DNA of 64,000 nucleotides from an uncultured Defluviitaleaceae bacterium (GTDB lineage Bacteria; Bacillota; Clostridia; Lachnospirales; WRBF01): NCBI GenBank assembly GCA_964533945.1, contig CAZHPA010000002.1, positions 68,997 to 132,996 of the forward strand, read 5' to 3'. Shown piece by piece: positions 61,301 to 64,000 of this stretch (position 1 is its first letter; each line of letters starts with the position of its first letter). The notes under the pieces were generated by a model. It saw only the letters and a program-made list of their open reading frames with translations, ran no database searches and was not told where the DNA came from. The position numbers and the translations under genes were made by a program.

Positions 61301-64000
61301 GTATAATCATCTTTAGTTAATGTATGTTCAAATGGATTTAATACATTGCCATTTAAAGTAACATTAAATGTTGCAGTAACTTCTAGATTTTCCTCAATTG
61401 TTTCTGTTGAATCACCTGTATAAAGTGTACGATTTTTAAGTACGCCTTTAAATTCGGCAATAGTAAGAGGAATAAGCTTTGCTTGTGATTTAGTAAAAGT
61501 TTTATCTATAATTTTTACTAAAGTACTTGTGCTTTTTGTGCCTTGAACTACAACATCACCATTTACTGTGCTTATTTCATAAGTTCCTGGTGTGTTAAGT
61601 TCTTCAAAATTACCTTTATATGTTACTGTAAGCTTTCCATCCGCCAACTCTTGAGAAGTTCCTTGTGGAAGAAGTTCAACAGTTGTTTTGTTTTTATTGC
61701 TAGTTGCAGGAATGTTGGAAGCAGGAGTTGTAAGGTTAAGAACCAATTTACTGCCTGTTGCATCAACTGCACGGTCATAAGTTACATTAATTATAACGTC
61801 TTCTCTGTATGGGTGATTTACTGTATCGTAGCTAACAGCAAATTCATTGCCGTAATTTTTGCCGCCAACTGTAGTTTCTAATGCAATGCTTTTAACTTTA
61901 ACAGCTTTAACTGCTAATTCAAATGTAATTGTTGATGCTCCACGAGTAACTAATACAGTAACTTTTCCGCTATCTGCAATAACAATGCCATCTTCAACTT
62001 TATTCAATTCATCTACTAATGAAAGACTGTAATCAGTAACCGGTGCGCTAATATCGCCATCGCTTAAACTAACTTCAAGTCCAGCTTTTATAGCAGTTTC
62101 ATAGCCAGCTAATGTATCGCCTGTGTATATTTCAACATTTCCAGTATATTTTGCAGTTAATACAGCTGTAGATGAAGTTTGAACATTTGCTGTTAATGTG
62201 CCAAAAGTTAAAGGTGAAACTTCTACATTTGTTCCTGTAACTTTAACTGTACCTGTAATGCTTGATGCTGTGTAAACAAGTATGTTTAAGGTAGAATTTG
62301 TAGGAGCATTGCCTTTAAATGTTAAAGAATTTTTATTATTTGATGTTTCATCTAATGTTAATTCAATTGTATTTGAATCTGCATCTGTAAATGTAATTTT
62401 AGCGCCTGCGTCTGCTGTTACTGGTTTATCAAATGCAACGTTAACTATAGCTTCTCCTGCTGAAGCAACATCTGCTGTAGTTGCGCCATTTGAAAATTTT
62501 GCAGTTGTAAGTTCAACTGCTTTAACAGCTACATAAACTGTAGTTTCTTTGCCGCTGTATGCTACTTTTACTCCAACGTTGCCGTTATCTGTAACTACAA
62601 CACCGCTAACTACGTTAGCATTTTCTATAAGTGTTACTGAATAATTAGCTGGTAATATTGTAGCTTCGCTGCCATCTTCATATTGAGCTTTAACAGTAAG
62701 CTTTGTTTTATCAACATTTGTTGCTGTTTCGCCTGTATATAAAGATACGTTTTCTTCGCCTGCTACTGTAATTCCTGTTAATGCAGCTGCACCAACTACT
62801 ATTTGTAATTCAGTAAATGTTAAAGGCGAAACTGCTGTATTTGTTTTTTCAACTTTAATTGTTCCTGTAATTGCAGTTGCTTTATATGTTCCTGCTTTTG
62901 CACCTGCTGGAATTGTTCCTTCAAATGTTAAAGCATTTCCTGATTTTGCAACTGTATCAAGTGTAATTTTGTCGCCGCTTACAGAATCAGTAAATTCAAT
63001 TACAGCGCCTGTTTCTGCTGTTACAGGTCTGTCAAATGTAGCTGTAACTGTAGCTTTTTCTCCTCTAACGTTTGTAGTTGAAAGAGTTGCAGTTTTAAGT
63101 TCAACTTTATTAACTGTAACTGTAGCTACTTGTGAAGTTTTAGTTTGTGCGCCTGCTGAAGAAACTTCACAATAATAGTAGTGAGCGCCTAATGCCAAGT
63201 CTGCAAGTGCTAAGCTTGTGCCTGTTGCGCCTGCTATAATTGTTCCGCCTGTTGTGCTTGCTGTTGTATTTAAATACCATTGGTAGCTTATTGCTGCCGT
63301 TGGAACAACGTTTGCTGCAATTGTTAAAGTAGTATTATCACCGTCAAATATTGTTACGTTTGTCGGATTAGTAGTTATAGTTATAGTAGGTATAGGGTTA
63401 GATTCTAAAACAGTTATTACAAATGCTTTAGCAAGTTTTTTGTTGTTAATATCTGTAACTTCAACGTTAATATTGTATGTGCCTGCTGTTAATGCAGCTG
63501 TACCAACTTTTACGTTGCTTCCTTCAATTACAAATTTGCTGTTATCAGCTCCGCCTGCTGCGAATGCATAAGTATATTGTGCTGTTCCGCCTGTTGTTGC
63601 TAATGTTCCAACAACTGCGCCCGGTGCAACATTACTTTGACCTTCTTGCAAGTCTATAGTTGCTGTAAATGTTAAGTTTGTTATTTCAGGTGCTGTAGCT
63701 GTTACAGTAACACTAAATGTTGCTGTTTTTGTATTATCACCTTTTAAAGCAACTGTAACTACTTGGTTTGCCAAGTTTGCAGCATTAACGCTAATAACTT
63801 CAACATCAGCGTTTGTATAGTTTTTGTATAAGCTGTGTTCATAATTACCTTTAACTTCAATGCCTGCAAGATTAATTTCGGCTGGTGTTAAAGGTTTTAA
63901 TGTAGCAACTGTATAGCTAGTTGTAGTAGGATTGTTAGTTATAGTTAAGCTTGCAAGGTTTGCTTTTAATACATTATAGTCGTATGTTGCATTAACTACA
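49387..64000 (-). CDS. Giant repetitive cell-surface protein, at least 4870 codons in the window; N-terminus outside the window
   Basis: I translated 63775-63999 by hand and found no in-frame stop, so the track start (TTG at 63774) is internal. The protein has many Ig-like/beta-sandwich modules, several with the QYQWY...YYYC pattern. Two F5/8 type C modules lie at ~50170-50580 and ~49735-50160, and an acidic E/V/T-rich tail at 49390-49650. Confidence 0.85.
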   Translation of the reverse strand, partial: VVNATYDYNVLKANLASLTITNNPTTTSYTVATLKPLTPAEINLAGIEVKGNYEHSLYKNYTNADVEVISVNAANLANQVVTVALKGDNTKTATFSVTVTATAPEITNLTFTATIDLQEGQSNVAPGAVVGTLATTGGTAQYTYAFAAGGADNSKFVIEGSNVKVGTAALTAGTYNINVEVTDINNKKLAKAFVITVLESNPIPTITITTNPTNVTIFDGDNTTLTIAANVVPTAAISYQWYLNTTASTTGGTIIAGATGTSLALADLALGAHYYYCEVSSAGAQTKTSQVATVTVNKVELKTATLSTTNVRGEKATVTATFDRPVTAETGAVIEFTDSVSGDKITLDTVAKSGNALTFEGTIPAGAKAGTYKATAITGTIKVEKTNTAVSPLTFTELQIVVGAAALTGITVAGEENVSLYTGETATNVDKTKLTVKAQYEDGSEATILPANYSVTLIENANVVSGVVVTDNGNVGVKVAYSGKETTVYVAVKAVELTTAKFSNGATTADVASAGEAIVNVAFDKPVTADAGAKITFTDADSNTIELTLDETSNNKNSLTFKGNAPTNSTLNILVYTASSITGTVKVTGTNVEVSPLTFGTLTANVQTSSTAVLTAKYTGNVEIYTGDTLAGYETAIKAGLEVSLSDGDISAPVTDYSLSLVDELNKVEDGIVIADSGKVTVLVTRGASTITFELAVKAVKVKSIALETTVGGKNYGNEFAVSYDTVNHPYREDVIINVTYDRAVDATGSKLVLNLTTPASNIPATSNKNKTTVELLPQGTSQELADGKLTVTYKGNFEELNTPGTYEISTVNGDVVVQGTKSTSTLVKIIDKTFTKSQAKLIPLTIAEFKGVLKNRTLYTGDSTETIEENLEVTATFNVTLNGNVLNPFEHTLTKDDYTAVPDTVGFAKMADGKNYVVLHSGKVGVIIDPKNYTVDRTTAELDVYPVTVEKATINSTTLVSGEVTANTGQKGFSVDVTFTKPVYPNGLSQDNEIIFTHVDDPASQIIVGRRGTNGGVEFVNPEAALDAGNKQVSSTLKYKGDISATAKPGKYVATQIKNGQTPVIGNTPVYILDNTYVLVNGNPVMQGNKSFRVNGVITPLELIINEAPIEKLTLTQKANTTLPADIYVSDNINTDEIKALFTVKADYVGGHSVADFKGYSLEIVYEKDVDSNVTDSSKFAREDGTFSVVATAPELAIGSTKTIISGEVSGLNVNPVEIVDIVLTNKAGTSTTVTAEGKNITISDDTTNAIEAIAYFARPITNFSGSTIVLEHASQPSITLTATGACTEVTVDGEVLYAVSYTGNADGTLASTFPLGLYEANKITIAAGKPNPVNSVDNTTIIAGYEVKTAFDVVGVNGKVSVKVDPAPARIITIDYKTDNAKGEQISADGNFYWAKEGNKIIATFTTNNELDLDKTPVRTTGTIGGLTATFAKVNGQPKTYTATVTVPAGMAHPVSPEKLEFVHSLYGKDDESTFTAKQEANEITNVIIDTTAPVIDSVKVKVFKDAAMTIEKDEVLSGSEVFVGLADTVYVEITSDSALDFSSKKTNIAYIYDNVGTKYVLNFAQIGNTNTYWAKHTFEREFNQNTEEIIKLWIDVEDLAGNKGAAPNNVAYYLGEDKINDNVTLKTDVLPPVVTLEEQFSKTSNPHAPITVAGHAGTIKYSIDGDKIDLYFKSSKALDVTRPYSVYLGLPEGITADKEAAYKLEGLTRVGVTLDAGKNVTGISEATDATGSIIKTPGYFYYRATIEKYRTINGVDLGYQFGTNPAIFADGPHKDELAAEFIAWGENEQQTAHRRNLASGIQYHPAHAATYNTTITSFMSDNDIKDVNNNPITNVARHQDSVTLKFTTTVELSTATTQVVIGGINVNAEGLGTLKLTGKTGTSPSFTYAYELTVKVADILTIQEVDADGNLVVDVDGNLVYVITTIEEGKEIPYSVIPADLFGCKGPETVGTGDSNKPQVTYNNHFEVSVKSFVSNDKYTNLANKLRTVTLTFESVEKLGAKTVVKIAGIKVTPITADIATPYTYTATLDLNANEVTAVEVDFDGNITYSIEPYNEDGFPAATILNTDAATDAANVDYQVLYDNTAPVIDNVVIKTDRTDNNAVIGSALTITFESDELLFDPERIIDEALDLNEFLVGEMLIDEVTAEKVFSHGIAVEEITTTSTVAPYTYTAKLTAPDKVWTGCTKVDGETLAIQITARDKAENISEDVYESTQPSKCIKDPTKVSIVIDGLDGSGAIEAYKPVYVKTTGGTSLGGIELSYMNTFNPRPRGAAYAAPSFISIYAEIPADDNAIVLKAGSTPIGTIQRTKFNPDESEYTIILYGKHYYFLNAYKKGSSEISTVDGEADWVSFNVKDATNGIKITAQPQDLKLNVNDTATLTVAAVTVPVGKTLQYQWVKTPTGAFADSQAIGGETNPTFTVPTNAEGTMYYFCVVSVDDNSLPTAPSRFAKVVVGSGTTPTPTITITTHPADIEVEVNTEASLTVEATINSFGLPVIYEWYRVDAGVVSKFAGEILYTDTLTWTTGNTPVEYEVYCVITSGTTTVTSNRATVKVIAGTTPDTTAPTLESVTATIGGTQQTHATDLTGFVGQSVSGTITATLSEAADFVTGTSGNITISGTGITGDVHYGTFTLSGTTATITPAAGNELIGAAGTFTFKVAAGTIKDASGNQNTDITFTLTVTKATLGGTVAITGTAADGQTLTAAVSGATPTYHGTLTYEWLSSSDGTNYTAIAGETASTYTLVTGDLGKTIKVIVTAANCTGSLESTISIPAAATAIESLTIKAPGLLVGKDATGQKEITIADTYATASSEGWWTDETTGAGGGELFAAGSQYIGKIKVTAEAGYEFNTTDWQTGAGFGSFDSLVKLDSSSSLSGAAGYKITSVSATEIEIMISYDSLEDLTVGAGSDEIIVKNTETLDAAFEAITPVPGTPITITIQTPVGADAADPKEVKLPESIADVGEVIITVPVGVNLVFPDGFDIANSEVKIEIASGATATNFDYDGFGGTNTAGLELTVNGGGYLYGTGGADDLIVCPAGDAKEDDAWFSLDNGASMTFKGSGVTLFSTTPSPFDIVLNGGTSLKQRSGKAFVVNEGQNLIVASGVLTLLAPTSSATAADGTFVLKVLGNLVIGNDTPGNDAGVTLQKDGAVLLVDDGNGNLNYEIGSGAIGVVANSNNTITSFDPSTPVGFVKLVNSTYEWIVKADLLQGNLAVAPVITITAQPLGVTTTVGGTANLSVTATVTEGATLEYQWYSNTTNSITGATAVTGATSATYTVPTTTAATTYYYCVVSATGAASKNSAIATVVVNPAPATPVITITAQPQDTTVTVGDTATLSVTATVTEGATLEYQWYSNTTDSNVDGTIIADETNATYSVPTDAADTYYYYCVVSATDATSVTSDVATVIVEEEVIATPVITITAQPQDTTVTVGGTATLSVTATVTEGATLEYQWYSNTTDSNVDGTIIADETNATYSVPTDAADTYYYYCVVSATDATSVTSDVATVIVEEASTTGQEVDIAAGNNAIKLEITEDGKTFDSNLSAGNLTLAGASLTIAGVKVYDSGKKALVAFTTAAATAGTATLTIKDEAYTDDTAPVTETTATALTAVQTIEFTDSSAMNPFILAYSTNTLPYATFVIPAQVKVDGEVIENASAPTLYHKTTDTEEEVTGTGALSRSKIGYYRAEYAANAIGAIAAVTKNRVLYVNPQIPSNNPFDFEVESTEDLTAIKFAVPLLMEGAKMYYALKENDMTIVSKAAVTTTADSFNSSAIAGGVKPGIAYEGTLFYENPYWVEGFANSGGTAKELVLTAIFNAPTDLLSKKLLQGKYTLTFNGADASKSETDKDFVGFLLSNANSAEIQRINQVKVIKNGTAAKTLDVKAYQPDCYVGGGDNNPLANPNPVNFVSFEISGTNGSTDANDYEIAYVEKGIYLIGWEWDENLGDFGGYASYGVVFSKEKLTELGVSGNGWSFEVIYDTNGAVKTTIGTFDGVTGAATVNVNLEVGSNVIELTTTGTFASSVSTSAISLTAGTTGASATVANVERISDTKIKVLLNTAATTAGQVTVSVGSAAIATAGIISGTPKTLTQSVNLNSLSIATPVSSTAYQFSGIQAGVSASLSETFAGVNAGTLAYTVEFVGNNASDSLSNVDISGGTLSRTKVGYYIIKAKAAAVAGITEAEAIRILYVNPTNIGTLVVNNTSFGSAHAVVNVPEDIVNSGATVSYKLEDGIETEVSFTEASGSTFTIPTSALAVGTYDVAIYYANKAEYNVTAGYENNSTVTPKKAEIQKTFEVEAVQSEVTSDITSEIITGTYSLTFNGSSASESETDVDFIGFLLTNGAEDSLDVLTSAKFIKDSTSVDTGITGYSIDYYVDSDATIIGDKPDPADFASFAIDGTEYEIAYVQKGVYVIGKWDAGSEEYVAYGVVIDKTKLSPQITRNGWSFEVKFDYVDENSASQKDTKTIAIPTTEIEVDVVSGNLALNKPASANGDEGSHIAVEKAFDGDSGTRWGSSYGINPKWLQVDLQEESLITNFVIDWERRNADDYKIEVSSNGTDWTEVYAQTDFPTEFKETIALETPVSARYVRLYINNFISNCDNVNYPTVSVHEFEVYGSKKVNLALNQTASSNGEEASHFAADKAFDGGTSGQSRWASTNGINQKWLQVDLGEEVSISEVAIIWERCNATDYKLYVSNDPGDFGTPVFVGTKPSQTHKEEILLYTSARGRYVKLVIDNFQLEDATGVGIPWATVSIWEFQIYGKATGTGTFAIPGQELTTAFLLEAFAPLAPAQAVVEEVVEEDVTEDVVEEGAPEDNATEEDVVEEDASEDNVTEEETETSTEEDSLEEAAAEETETEETVEEIVSEEAVAKEII
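53461..54360 (-). repeat. Three tandem 300-bp coding repeats (Ig-like modules), two of them nearly identical
   Basis: 53461-53760 and 53761-54060 differ at only a handful of positions, mostly at the unit borders. 54061-54360 is a more diverged third copy. Confidence 0.9.

Noticed and set aside
49401-63659. Numerous plus-strand ORFs of 60-117 aa overlapping the giant gene
   Set aside because: They are stop-poor antisense frames of a compositionally biased 14.6-kb ORF, with low-complexity translations (poly-L/Q/S). None has a start-site context.

Overview
Low-GC Firmicutes/Clostridia-type chromosome segment from an organism that appears endospore-forming and flagellated (dpaA/dpaB, the ispF-cysE-cysS-mrnC-rlmB-yacP-sigH block, and fliC/fliD/flaG). 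Conserved housekeeping blocks are gcvPB-maa-carB, ogg-tsaE-tsaB-rimI-Lon-like protease, mutS2, engB, class II RNR nrdJ and five single tRNA genes. They alternate with cell-surface and accessory genes, four of which stand out. (1) A cohesin-dockerin locus holds an SLH-anchored protein with two cohesin-like modules, a small dockerin-like protein directly upstream, and a multi-domain GH29 alpha-L-fucosidase ending in a canonical dockerin. (2) A giant ORF of at least 4870 codons runs off the right edge. It carries Ig-like repeats, two F5/8 type C modules, internal near-identical 300-bp tandem repeats and an acidic C-terminal tail with no recognisable anchor. (3) The flagellar filament locus has a 797-aa flagellin with a tandemly duplicated ~235-aa module (777-nt period) and a 981-aa FliD cap with 3-4 tandem ~100-aa inserts. 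(4) Smaller structural oddities are a degenerate tandem duplication of the dpaB 3' end abutting tRNA-Thr, 41-nt direct repeats upstream of dpaA, and a ~65-bp double-hairpin element repeated after both genes of an ABC transporter pair that has no ATPase gene. No CRISPR array, transposase, integrase or recognisable defence system was seen. All functional calls come from reading the translations by eye and are not database results.
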